Part shown: positions 17,484 to 26,801 of the stretch, one piece after another
Numbering within the stretch: position 1 is the first letter of the stretch
Layout of the letters: the number at the start of each line of letters is the position of its first letter
Assembly (NCBI GenBank): GCA_041554215.1
Contig: JBFFMG010000001.1
Span: 1-33,402, forward strand
Source of the DNA: Labilibaculum sp.
GTDB lineage: Bacteria; Bacteroidota; Bacteroidia; Bacteroidales; Marinifilaceae
Length of the DNA: 33,402 nt
Reading direction: 5' to 3'
Translations under genes and position numbers: made by a program
The notes under the pieces: generated by a model
Seen by the model: the letters and a program-made list of their open reading frames with translations, nothing else
Told to the model about the DNA's origin: nothing
The model's database searches: none

Positions 17484-18788
17484 TTACTGATACTTCCGTT
17501 TTACAAACCAAGTTTCGAACAAATTAAAATCAATAGTTATCCGGGTATAATCTTCACGTACCAAATTATTATTCAAAGTTCCTGTTGAGCCAAACTCTAA
17601 CGCTATATTCAGGATACCTTTCTGTTGAGCCATAGGAATTCCCAGCCCGAGACTCAAACCATAAGAATCGATATTATTCCCATCAACTTTAATATAGCCT
17701 GTATCATAAAATCCGCCCAAACGGTAAACTATTTTCTTTAAAAACTTTCTTTCGTAACCATCATCTGCCTTATACTCCATTCCCAAACTAAACTTATCTC
17801 GATTAACTAAATCGTTAGCCTCGTCGAACTTTTTAGTGTCATTCCATTTTTCATGAGTATAATCACCACCAAGCCAAAGTTTTCCTTTCGTCAAACCAAA
17901 ACCTGCACCAAAACTTTCCGGAACATCAAAAGAACCATTGTCAATATCTTCATATCTGGTTATCGAACTGTTAGATACATTAACACTTGATTTTCTCTTC
18001 GCATCTACTCCTAACTTAGGCTGATACTTACCCCCAAAAGTAAGTACATAATCTCCGAATGATTTTTCATATTGTGCAGCCAAATTAAAAAACAGACCTT
18101 TAGATATTAATTCTGACTTACTACTATAAACTGCAGAAGTTCCACCTTCAATTACAACGTCTTCACTTCTTGTATTATTCCCAAAAAGATAAACACCATT
18201 TACCCCTACTGATAAATCTTTGGTTAATTGAACTCCATTCGACCACACAAATTGATTAAGTCCACCAGATCCCAACAAAGATCTAATTACGCTTCTTGAA
18301 TCACCAAGTATTTTATCCCGTTTTGTAATATCGTAACCTAAACTGGAATATGGGGAAATTGACAATGCTGTTCCATATCTCGATGACACTTTAAATCCAA
18401 ATGCAATTCTCGATAAATTAAAATCGTTAAAACTATCTCCCTTACTTCCTTGATTTAATCTAGTAAACTTAATTGTACTCCCAATATTAAAATGAAATTT
18501 AAGGCTATCAATAGAACTTAAAGATGCCGGATTATTCAAATTAAGGACATCTCCTCTTTTATAAGCATAACTCACACCACCCATTGCAGCACTATTGCCA
18601 TTTACATTTTGCATACGTTCTCCCAAGCCAAAATAGGAATAAGGAGAACTCGTATTATTTTGAGAAATAGCATTAGAAGTAATAAGCATTAAAGCAAATA
18701 CAAGTAGGACTATAATTTTTCGGGTAGAATTTAAAAAGTTTACATTCATTCTTACGTTCCACATATAATTGTAATTCATATTATTCAA
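17484..18788 (-). CDS. Outer-membrane beta-barrel protein (FadL/OmpP1-like Bacteroidota family)
   Basis: Signal peptide, SSPYSYFGLG, AAMGG, NPASL, amphipathic strands, C-terminal WFVKRKY. The true start may be a downstream Met. Confidence 0.72.
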   Translation of the reverse strand: MNNMNYNYMWNVRMNVNFLNSTRKIIVLLVFALMLITSNAISQNNTSSPYSYFGLGERMQNVNGNSAAMGGVSYAYKRGDVLNLNNPASLSSIDSLKFHFNIGSTIKFTRLNQGSKGDSFNDFNLSRIAFGFKVSSRYGTALSISPYSSLGYDITKRDKILGDSRSVIRSLLGSGGLNQFVWSNGVQLTKDLSVGVNGVYLFGNNTRSEDVVIEGGTSAVYSSKSELISKGLFFNLAAQYEKSFGDYVLTFGGKYQPKLGVDAKRKSSVNVSNSSITRYEDIDNGSFDVPESFGAGFGLTKGKLWLGGDYTHEKWNDTKKFDEANDLVNRDKFSLGMEYKADDGYERKFLKKIVYRLGGFYDTGYIKVDGNNIDSYGLSLGLGIPMAQQKGILNIALEFGSTGTLNNNLVREDYTRITIDFNLFETWFVKRKYQ

Positions 18789-18798
18789 GGTTTCTTAC

Positions 18799-20217
18799 TT
18801 AATTTTGTACAACGTAAGTTGTTTTAAGACGAATTCTAAAATCAGAACGAGGATCATTCTCAATTACTAATCGATCCATAGAAAGTCCTAAATTATTAAC
18901 AGGCAAGGTTAAAAGCAATGCATCATCGAACCCTTGTCCATTCAGCAATATATTATTAACATAGCTTGTAATGTTCACAGTATAATAAGACTCACTCCAA
19001 TTTTCACGATTGAGTACATAATTAGAACTTACGCCTGAATTTGATGATGCGCTTGCTAATTGAGTCAAAATTTGATTTCTCTCATCTGTTTGATAAATAG
19101 TAAACGGAACAATTGGCAATTTAAATATTTCATCATCGTAGCTCTTATATTTTGGATAAAAAATAAGCTCAGCACTTAAAACACCTCCAGTTACACCTAT
19201 TGTATTCAACTCTTCCAAATAAGGAATTTTAATTTTGGTAAGTAAACCCAGACCACCATGAATAAATGCCAAATCATCTGTTTGCTCAGAACTTAAATCT
19301 ACTGTTTGTTCCGAGATTTGATTGAAATTGTATGGAGCCGAACTGTAATCCGACTTAAAATTTGTAAAATTGAGATATGATGCAGTTACAGGAAAATCAT
19401 GAAAATCTCTTGTTCCCGTTAACTCGGTGCTGGTATAAGTATAGTACAAGCGCATTTTCATTCTATTCTCCTGAAGATTATATGAAAGCATCACTGAATT
19501 ATCCTCTCCTGCTTTCAGAACAATACCCTGGAAAAATTTGGTCCATTTATCTGCATACAGAATTGTATCATCTTCAATATTAACCCTACGAACAATTTCA
19601 AGCCCTAAAGCATCGTCCATTTTAAATCTAATGCCTCCATCATCAAACTCAACATCTTTCTCTTTATCAGCATTAAACTCTTTATATTGACTTATCGGCT
19701 TAGCAATAAAAGCAGAAGCGCCAAGACTCTCCTCATCATATTGAAAAGTACTATGTGCATAAAATCCTGCTTGATCATCTGGAACTTCAATTTCCTCAAT
19801 AACCCTGTGTATTGACATACTTTGCGGCAATAAAGTATCCCCCATATATCGTCCATCAGGATAACTTATAAAAATTAAAGAATCAAAGCGAATAGGTATT
19901 TTTTCTATATTTTCACTTACAGTTACTTTCTTTAATGAAAAAGCCGAACCTAATCCTACAACTGCATAAAAATCGGAGCTTATCTTTCCAAAAAACTCAT
20001 CCTGATAACTTCCAAATAGAATATTACTCTGTCCTGAAGTTAACATTGAATCGATTTTTACAGTTGAACTATTGATTGTAAAAGTATCAATCAACCTAAC
20101 TTCTGTAGACTTATCAATTAAGTTGTCCCCAATCTCATGTTCCTGAAAGGTATCTGAATTGCAACTGGTAAAAAAACCAAGAATTGAAACAGATAGTATA
20201 ATAGAAAGTTTTCTCAT
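18799..20217 (-). CDS. Lipoprotein, DUF4270-like
   Basis: Start re-called to ATG 20217, giving the lipobox MRKLSIILSVSILGFFTS-C. Contains IDTFTI, LFGSYQDEFFG, FFQGIVL, SAELIF, YTVNITSY. Confidence 0.7.
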   Translation of the reverse strand: MRKLSIILSVSILGFFTSCNSDTFQEHEIGDNLIDKSTEVRLIDTFTINSSTVKIDSMLTSGQSNILFGSYQDEFFGKISSDFYAVVGLGSAFSLKKVTVSENIEKIPIRFDSLIFISYPDGRYMGDTLLPQSMSIHRVIEEIEVPDDQAGFYAHSTFQYDEESLGASAFIAKPISQYKEFNADKEKDVEFDDGGIRFKMDDALGLEIVRRVNIEDDTILYADKWTKFFQGIVLKAGEDNSVMLSYNLQENRMKMRLYYTYTSTELTGTRDFHDFPVTASYLNFTNFKSDYSSAPYNFNQISEQTVDLSSEQTDDLAFIHGGLGLLTKIKIPYLEELNTIGVTGGVLSAELIFYPKYKSYDDEIFKLPIVPFTIYQTDERNQILTQLASASSNSGVSSNYVLNRENWSESYYTVNITSYVNNILLNGQGFDDALLLTLPVNNLGLSMDRLVIENDPRSDFRIRLKTTYVVQN

Positions 20218-20407
20218 TTTTAATAAATACGGTTTACTAATCATATAAAGAAAAAGATAAATCAATAACAAAAATTACATCCTGATAATTAACTAAAATC
20301 ATCAGACAACCCGCAACTGTAAATAAAATATCGTGATTCTAAATGTTAATTTTTCTAAACAACCCATTATTTTCACGAACAGAAAAACATTCCTATTGAA
20401 TTTTATA

Positions 20408-20415
20408 TATATTTG
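20408..20415 (+). promoter_or_regulatory. -7 promoter element for the kelch lipoprotein gene
   Basis: TATATTTG upstream of ATG 20496. Confidence 0.45.
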
Positions 20416-20495
20416 TCGTCAATAAGGTTGAGAATGGTATTTTTCAGCATTTAAAAGTTAAACAATTACATTATTTATTGATAAACTCATAACAA

Positions 20496-21509
20496 ATGAA
20501 ACTAAGATTACTATTTGCATTTTTTGCATTATCTCTATTCATAACCAGCTGTGGCAGCAACGACAATCTTGATGGCAACTGGATTAAATCTTCTACTTTT
20601 GAAGGAACACCTAGAGGTGGAGCTGTTAGCTTTGTTGTAGGTGATTTTGCTTATGTTGGTACAGGTTATGATGGTAAAGATTGCCTTAAAGAATTCTACA
20701 AATATAGCATTCAAACTGGTTGGGAGAAAATTGCAGACTTTCCAGGAATAGAAAGAAAAGAAGCTGTTGCTTTTACTGCTACTGTTAATGGACAGGAAAT
20801 GGTTTACGTTGGAACTGGAGTAGATGATGACGATAACCGTTTATCTGATTTTTATGAATTTAACCCAGCAACGGATACCTGGAATACAACTCCTATTGAA
20901 TTTATGGGTAGTGCACGTCAAAATGCAATCTCCTTTTCAATTGGCGGTATTGGATACGTTGGTACTGGTTTTGGATACCTTGACGGAAAAGACAGAAATT
21001 ATTTGAAAGATTTTTACAAATTCGATAATGGAACTTGGTCTAAAATTGCTTTCGATGGTGAGAAATCGGCCAATGCAATTACCTTCGTTATTAATGAAAA
21101 AGCATATGTTGTGTCTGGAACCAACAGTTCTAAATATGTATGGGAATACGATCCAACTTTAGTTAGTTCTGAATTTAATGGTTGGACTAGAAAGAAATAC
21201 TTAGACAAAGATAATAAATGGGAAGATGTTCAGCGCGAAGACGCCATCGCATTTGTTATAAGCAATAAAGCATATGTTGCTACAGGTAAAAGTGGAAATT
21301 ACACATCTGAAGTTTGGGAATACAATCCTACAAAGGATGATTGGAATGAAAAAACTTCTTTAGAGTATGAAATTATAGCAAGAGAAGATGCTGTTGCATT
21401 CTCTCTTAACAACAGAGGATTTTTCGTAACTGGAGCATCTAGTGGTGGCTACCTTGGAGATATGTGGGAATTTAATCCTACAATGGAAGAAACTGACGAT
21501 GATAACTAA
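20496..21509 (+). CDS. Kelch-repeat beta-propeller lipoprotein
   Basis: Lipobox FITS-C; six repeats of R..A..F......YV.TG....D/E.(Y/W)EYxP....W. Confidence 0.88.
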   Translation: MKLRLLFAFFALSLFITSCGSNDNLDGNWIKSSTFEGTPRGGAVSFVVGDFAYVGTGYDGKDCLKEFYKYSIQTGWEKIADFPGIERKEAVAFTATVNGQEMVYVGTGVDDDDNRLSDFYEFNPATDTWNTTPIEFMGSARQNAISFSIGGIGYVGTGFGYLDGKDRNYLKDFYKFDNGTWSKIAFDGEKSANAITFVINEKAYVVSGTNSSKYVWEYDPTLVSSEFNGWTRKKYLDKDNKWEDVQREDAIAFVISNKAYVATGKSGNYTSEVWEYNPTKDDWNEKTSLEYEIIAREDAVAFSLNNRGFFVTGASSGGYLGDMWEFNPTMEETDDDN

Positions 21510-21531
21510 ATCATATCAAAATATTTAATTT

Positions 21532-21563
21532 AAAACACTGCAAACACTGCAGTGTTTTTTTTT
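21532..21563 (+). terminator. Intrinsic terminator after the kelch gene
   Basis: AAAACACTGCA-AACAC-TGCAGTGTTTT followed by a T run. Confidence 0.8.
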
Positions 21564-21601
21564 GCTCCAATTTCACCATATCAAATGCGACAATATGTTG
21601 C

Positions 21602-21633
21602 AAAAAAAACCTCCGACCATGGGCCGGAGGTTT
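21602..21633 (-). terminator. Intrinsic terminator of the hydrogenase operon
   Basis: Minus strand AAACCTCCGGCC-CAT-GGTCGGAGG followed by 8 T. Confidence 0.8.
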
Positions 21634-21651
21634 CAAATTTGGAATCAGATC

Positions 21652-22131
21652 CTATTTTTGATATTCTTTAATAATATCAGCTACATCACCTGCCGAAACA
21701 CGTCCATAAACACGCTCTCCGATAGTAACAACCGGAGCTAGTCCACAAGCTCCAACGCAACGCAAGCAGCTAATTGAGAATTTGCCATCTTCGGTAGTTT
21801 CACCAACAGGCACACTCAACTGACGTTTGAATTCCTCCAATACCTTCTCGGCACCTCTAACATAACAAGCTGTTCCCATACAAATTGAAATTGGGAATTC
21901 ACCTTTTGGTACCATTGAGAAAAATGAATAAAATGTTACCACACCGTAAACATGGGCAACAGAAACATTCAATTCACGAGCAATTATTTCCTGAACTTCG
22001 GCTGGAAGATACCCAAAGGTCTCCTGAGCTTTATGAAGCACATTAATCAACTCGCTTCCTTTATTATCGAATGATTTGCAAATCTCCACAAGTTTATCCA
22101 CTTTGGATTTTGCTAATTTAATTTTTGCCAT
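21652..22131 (-). CDS. hydC: NuoE-like [2Fe-2S] subunit of multimeric [FeFe]-hydrogenase (HydC/HndA)
   Basis: LHKAQETFGYLP, VVTFYSFF, CMGTAC and CVGAC ligands. Confidence 0.92.
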   Translation of the reverse strand: MAKIKLAKSKVDKLVEICKSFDNKGSELINVLHKAQETFGYLPAEVQEIIARELNVSVAHVYGVVTFYSFFSMVPKGEFPISICMGTACYVRGAEKVLEEFKRQLSVPVGETTEDGKFSISCLRCVGACGLAPVVTIGERVYGRVSAGDVADIIKEYQK

Positions 22132-22138
22132 AATATTT

Positions 22139-22231
22139 TAAGATTTTAGATGTGAGACTTAAGATTTGAGATTCCGGATTTTTCCTTTGCCTCATTTCTC
22201 ATCCCGACAGTTATCGGGACTACAATCTCAT
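22139..22231. repeat. Degenerate 7-bp tandem repeats with inverted copies and an embedded REP-like palindrome
   Basis: TAAGATT TTAGATG TGAGACT TAAGATT TGAGATT (22139-22173); reverse-type CTCAT and AATCTCA units; TCCCGA-CAGTTA-TCGGGA at 22202-22219. Confidence 0.65.
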
Positions 22232-22242
22232 TCCTTTTAAAA

Positions 22243-24015
22243 CTATTCAATCTCAATATCCTTACTCTTATCAAAATAATGAGTATGCAATAATTTGTGA
22301 GATAATTCACCACAAGGCTTACCTAAGAACTCTTCATACAATTTAATAATGTATGGATTCTCATGAGATTTACGGATAGCTTTACCTTCATCTTCACGAT
22401 AAAGAGCTGCCGCACGTTTCTTTAGAATTGAAGAATCACCATGGTGCAATGGCTGACCACCACCACCAATACAACCACCAGGGCAAGCCATGATCTCGAT
22501 TGCATGATATTGTGATTTACCATCCCGGATATCTTCCAGAAGTTTACGAGCATTACCCAAACCATGAGCGATACCAATATTAACATCTAATCCATCAAAA
22601 TCTACAGTTGCACTTCGAATACCTTCCATACCACGTAAGGCTTCAAAATTCACATTCTCTAATGTTTTTCCAGTATAAACTTCATAAGCAGTACGGGCAG
22701 CAGCTTCAATCACACCACCTGTTGCTCCGAAAATAACACCTGCACCAGTTGATTCTCCAAGAGGATTATCAAATTCTTCATCAGGAAGAGTTTTTAAATC
22801 CATATTAGCCTGCTTAATCAAGTTAGCCAACTCACGTGTAGATATTGAATAATTTACATCAGGATCACCATCAACCTTGAACTCATCGCGCTGGCATTCG
22901 TATTTCTTCGCCAAACAAGGCATAATAGAAACTACAATCATGTCCTCACGTTTAATTCCCATTTCTTTTGCCAAATAATTCTTGGCTATAGGACCAAACA
23001 TTTGCTGAGGAGAACGAGCTGTTGAAGGAATATCCTTCATTTCAGGAAAGTGATGTTCAAAGAAATTCACCCATCCAGGACAACAAGAAGTTAGAATTGG
23101 TAATTTAACATCTTTATCACCATCCAAATGTCTTTGTAAACGATCCAACAATTCAGTTCCCTCTTCCATAATGGTAAGGTCGGCAGCAAAATCGGTATCG
23201 AATACACTATTAAATCCTAATTGACGTAGAGCTGAAACCATTTTTCCGGTAACCAAAGTACCTGGCTCCATTCCAAATTCCTCACCAAGAGCAGCACGAA
23301 CAGCAGGAGCTGTTTGAACAACAACCGTTTTATTAGGATTAGCAAGATCTCTAATTAACTGACTCGTATGGTCTTTTTCGGTTAATGCTCCTGTTGGACA
23401 AACTGCAACACACTGTCCGCAGTAAGTACAAGTTGATTTCTCCAAATCCATTTCGAAAGCAGGTGCAACTACCGATTGAAAACCTCTGTTTACAGCAGAA
23501 AGGGCTCCAACAGTTTGTACATCGTTACACATTGTTTCACATCTACGACACATGATACATTTATCCATATCACGAATAATAGATGGCGAATAATCTACTT
23601 TATAGGTTGATTGCTCGCCTTTGTAGTGAATTTCCCGAACACCTAATTGCTGAGCTGTAGATTGAAGATCACAGTTACCTGATTTTGCACACACCAAACA
23701 ATCGAATGGATGATCTGAAAGCATCAGCTCCATAACTGTTTTACGTGCATTTAAAACTCTCATGTTATGAGTATGAATTACCATACCATTCTCACATTTT
23801 GAGTTACAAGATGGCGCTAAGTTACGACGACCTTCCACCTCAACAACACAAATTCGACATCCGCCGGGCTTGTGTTCAATTCCCATATCGCCAAGATGCA
23901 TATAGCAAAGAGTTGGGATATCAACCCCGATTCCTTTAGCGGCTTCCAAAATAGTAGTTCCCTGAGGTACTTCTACTTGTTTTTTATCAATGACTAATTT
24001 GATCATTTTTTCCAT
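22243..24015 (-). CDS. hydA: [FeFe]-hydrogenase catalytic subunit, group A (HydA/HndD)
   Basis: Intact H-cluster motifs TSCCPGW, MPCLAKKYE, EIMACPGGCIGGGGQP; N-terminal [2Fe-2S], His-ligated [4Fe-4S] (HPFDCLVC...C) and 2x[4Fe-4S]. Confidence 0.96.
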   Translation of the reverse strand: MEKMIKLVIDKKQVEVPQGTTILEAAKGIGVDIPTLCYMHLGDMGIEHKPGGCRICVVEVEGRRNLAPSCNSKCENGMVIHTHNMRVLNARKTVMELMLSDHPFDCLVCAKSGNCDLQSTAQQLGVREIHYKGEQSTYKVDYSPSIIRDMDKCIMCRRCETMCNDVQTVGALSAVNRGFQSVVAPAFEMDLEKSTCTYCGQCVAVCPTGALTEKDHTSQLIRDLANPNKTVVVQTAPAVRAALGEEFGMEPGTLVTGKMVSALRQLGFNSVFDTDFAADLTIMEEGTELLDRLQRHLDGDKDVKLPILTSCCPGWVNFFEHHFPEMKDIPSTARSPQQMFGPIAKNYLAKEMGIKREDMIVVSIMPCLAKKYECQRDEFKVDGDPDVNYSISTRELANLIKQANMDLKTLPDEEFDNPLGESTGAGVIFGATGGVIEAAARTAYEVYTGKTLENVNFEALRGMEGIRSATVDFDGLDVNIGIAHGLGNARKLLEDIRDGKSQYHAIEIMACPGGCIGGGGQPLHHGDSSILKKRAAALYREDEGKAIRKSHENPYIIKLYEEFLGKPCGELSHKLLHTHYFDKSKDIEIE

Positions 24016-24028
24016 ATTAAGATCCTCC

Positions 24029-25822
24029 TTACTGTATGCTTATTGCATTAAACTTACACTTCTCCATACATGCACCACATTTAATACATTTTGATGTATC
24101 AATAAGGTGCGCCTCTTTGCGTTCTCCTGAGATACAATCAACAGGACAATTACGCGAGCATAGAGTACATCCAACGCACAATTCAGGATCAATTACATAC
24201 TGCATTAAAGCTTTGCACTGCCCCGCTGTACATTTATGATCTTCTACGTGAGAAATATACTCATCATAGAAATTCTCAAGAGTTGAAAGAACTGGATTTG
24301 GAGATGTTTGTCCCAATCCGCAAAGAGAAGTATCCTTAATTACAGCACTTAAATTTCTTAATAAATCTAGATCTTCTTTAGTTCCGTTACCTAAGGTAAT
24401 TTTATCCAATAGTTCGTGAAGACGCTTGTTACCAACACGACATGGAGTACATTTTCCGCAAGATTCTTCAACAGTAAATTCCAAATAAAATTTAGCCATT
24501 GAAACCATACAGTCATCCTCATCCATAACAATCATACCACCCGATCCCATCATAGAACCTGCAGCAAGTAAATTATCAAAATCGATAGGTGTATCCAAAT
24601 GCTTTTCTGTTAAACATCCTCCAGATGGTCCGCCAGTTTGAACTGCCTTAAATTTTTTGCCATCTTTAATACCACCACCAATTTCGTAAATTACCTCACG
24701 AAGAGTGGTTCCCATTGGAACCTCAATTAAACCAACATTATTGATTTTTCCGGCCAATGCGAATACTTTTGTACCTTTCGATTTTTCGCTACCAATTTTA
24801 TTGAACCAACTTGCTCCTTTATTAATGATAACAGGAATATTTGCAAATGTTTCAACATTATTTACGTTAGTTGGCTTTCCATTGTATCCAGATTCGGCAG
24901 GGAATGGAGGCTTAACCGTAGGTTCGCCACGAAGTCCTTCCATCGAATGGATTAAAGCTGTTTCTTCACCACAAACAAAAGCTCCGGCACCGTAACGCAT
25001 TTCCACATCGAAATTAAATCCCGATCCTAAAATATCATTGCCTAATAAACCATATTCACGAGCTTGTTTAATGGCTACTTTTAAACGAGTAATTGCCAAT
25101 GGATACTCAGCACGAATATAAATTAATCCTTTATCGGCTCCCATTGTGTAACCACAAATAGCCATAGCCTCAAGAACTGAATGAGGATCGCCTTCCAAAA
25201 TAGAACGATCCATAAATGCTCCAGGGTCTCCCTCATCAGCATTACAAACTACATATTTCTGATCTGCTTCATTTTTAGCCGCAAATTCCCATTTTAAACC
25301 AGTTGGGAATCCTCCTCCTCCTCGTCCACGTAATCCAGATTCCTTAATCTCATCGATTACTGTTTGTGGGGTCATTTCGGCCAAACACTTCCCTAAAGCA
25401 GCATAACCATCTCTAGCAATGTATTCGTCAACATTTTCAGGATTAATAAATCCACAATTTCGAAGAGCAATTCGAATTTGCTTTTTATAAAAACCCATAT
25501 GTTTTGAGTCGCTGATCACTTCCTTATTCTCAGGATCAACATAAAGCAATCTCATTACTTTACGCCCTTTAATAATATGCTCCTCAATTAACTCCTCAGC
25601 ATCTTCTGGCTTTACTTCCACATAGAAAGTATTGTCTGGAAGAATTTTAACGATAGGACCTTTTTCACAAAATCCGAAGCAACCGGTCATCACAACCTGC
25701 ACTTCATCTTCAAGTCCTTTGGCTTTAATTGCCTCTTGTAAATTGTTTTGAATAGCCTCACTAGCAGAAGCCCGACATCCGGTACCTCCACAAATAAGAA
25801 TATGCATTTTATACTTTTCCAT
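24029..25822 (-). CDS. hydB: NuoF-like FMN/NAD(H)-binding subunit of [FeFe]-hydrogenase (HydB/HndC)
   Basis: GLRGRGGGGFPTG, NADEGDPGAFMDR, GAGAFVCGEET, ESCGKCTPC; N-terminal [2Fe-2S] and C-terminal 2x[4Fe-4S]. Confidence 0.95.
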   Translation of the reverse strand: MEKYKMHILICGGTGCRASASEAIQNNLQEAIKAKGLEDEVQVVMTGCFGFCEKGPIVKILPDNTFYVEVKPEDAEELIEEHIIKGRKVMRLLYVDPENKEVISDSKHMGFYKKQIRIALRNCGFINPENVDEYIARDGYAALGKCLAEMTPQTVIDEIKESGLRGRGGGGFPTGLKWEFAAKNEADQKYVVCNADEGDPGAFMDRSILEGDPHSVLEAMAICGYTMGADKGLIYIRAEYPLAITRLKVAIKQAREYGLLGNDILGSGFNFDVEMRYGAGAFVCGEETALIHSMEGLRGEPTVKPPFPAESGYNGKPTNVNNVETFANIPVIINKGASWFNKIGSEKSKGTKVFALAGKINNVGLIEVPMGTTLREVIYEIGGGIKDGKKFKAVQTGGPSGGCLTEKHLDTPIDFDNLLAAGSMMGSGGMIVMDEDDCMVSMAKFYLEFTVEESCGKCTPCRVGNKRLHELLDKITLGNGTKEDLDLLRNLSAVIKDTSLCGLGQTSPNPVLSTLENFYDEYISHVEDHKCTAGQCKALMQYVIDPELCVGCTLCSRNCPVDCISGERKEAHLIDTSKCIKCGACMEKCKFNAISIQ

Positions 25823-25842
25823 AATTGTTGTTTCGTTTAGGT

Positions 25843-26235
25843 TTAGTCTAAAGTTTTGTAGTTTACAGGTATTATTCCATCGACCAATTCACCATTTTTA
25901 ATGTATTTTTCAACAATCTGGTCAGCTTTCTTAATATCTACATCGCCAAAAACAATTGGCTCTTTCCCAGGAACTTTAACCTCAATTGTAGGTTCAGCAT
26001 AGCAATACCCCATACATCCTGTTTGGGTAACTATGGTCTTTATTCCTCTTTTTGCGGTTTCCTCGATAAGGAATTCCATTACCTCTTTGGCTCCCGAGGC
26101 AATTCCACATGTAGCCATTGCAACTTTAATTTGCACAAGACTTTCTGGATCGTTGCTTTTCTCCCTAAGATCCATCTTCGACTGAAGCTCTTCTTTCATT
26201 CTCTTCAGATCTGCAAGGGATTTAACTTTTGCCAT
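25843..26235 (-). CDS. Thioredoxin-like [2Fe-2S]-family subunit (HydD/HndB)
   Basis: MATCGIASGA and TGCMGYCYAEP (three Cys); directly upstream of hydB. Confidence 0.87.
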   Translation of the reverse strand: MAKVKSLADLKRMKEELQSKMDLREKSNDPESLVQIKVAMATCGIASGAKEVMEFLIEETAKRGIKTIVTQTGCMGYCYAEPTIEVKVPGKEPIVFGDVDIKKADQIVEKYIKNGELVDGIIPVNYKTLD

Positions 26236-26261
26236 AATCTCAAATTATTAAAGGTTAAAAA

Positions 26262-26801
26262 TTATATTATTGTGTTTAGGTTCTCATTTATTAATTCCTT
26301 CAAATACTGAATGATATGCGGGTCTGTAACCGAAACATCCTCCAATACTTCTTTCACTTCTTTTGTATCAAAAAGATACTCTCCCTTCCCAGTACAATGC
26401 TTATAAGTAAAATCCATATTTGGATTTGCACTCACCAACAACACCATAACTCCTGCAATATCACCAGTTACAGGTCTGTCTATATTTTTATGAGAAAATA
26501 GAACTGTAAGCTCTGTTCCTACTCCCTCTTTAGATTTAATTTCCAATTTACCTCCTGTTTGCTCTGCACTTTGCTTTAGCAGCGACAATCCCAGTCCAAC
26601 TTTACGCGTTGTTCTAGTGGTAAAAAAAGGATCTAATACTTTACTCAGAATTTCTTCCGACATTCCACATCCATCATCTTTAATGAATATTGAATAAATA
26701 TCCTTCTCCAAATCCTCCCGAATCTCCAATTCAACATTGGAAGCCTCAGCTCTCACCGAATTTTGGATGATATCCATGATATGCAATGACAAGTCTTTCA
26801 T
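26262..26801 (-). CDS. Stand-alone GHKL/HATPase_c (histidine-kinase-like ATPase) protein
   Basis: N box DIIQNS, G1 DDGCGM, F box DPFFTT, G2 GLGLSL; no HisKA or sensor domain; ATGA overlap with the PHP gene. Confidence 0.88.
   Translation of the reverse strand: MKDLSLHIMDIIQNSVRAEASNVELEIREDLEKDIYSIFIKDDGCGMSEEILSKVLDPFFTTRTTRKVGLGLSLLKQSAEQTGGKLEIKSKEGVGTELTVLFSHKNIDRPVTGDIAGVMVLLVSANPNMDFTYKHCTGKGEYLFDTKEVKEVLEDVSVTDPHIIQYLKELINENLNTII

Noticed and set aside
20300-20385. Possible LytTR-type direct repeats (ACAACCC twice; TTTTC..AACA twice) in the divergent promoter
   Set aside because: Matches are short and spacing is inconsistent; no regulator gene in the window
21652-25822. Alternative call of respiratory complex I nuoE/nuoF/nuoG
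   Set aside because: Intact H-cluster motifs in the large subunit and no membrane nuo genes nearby
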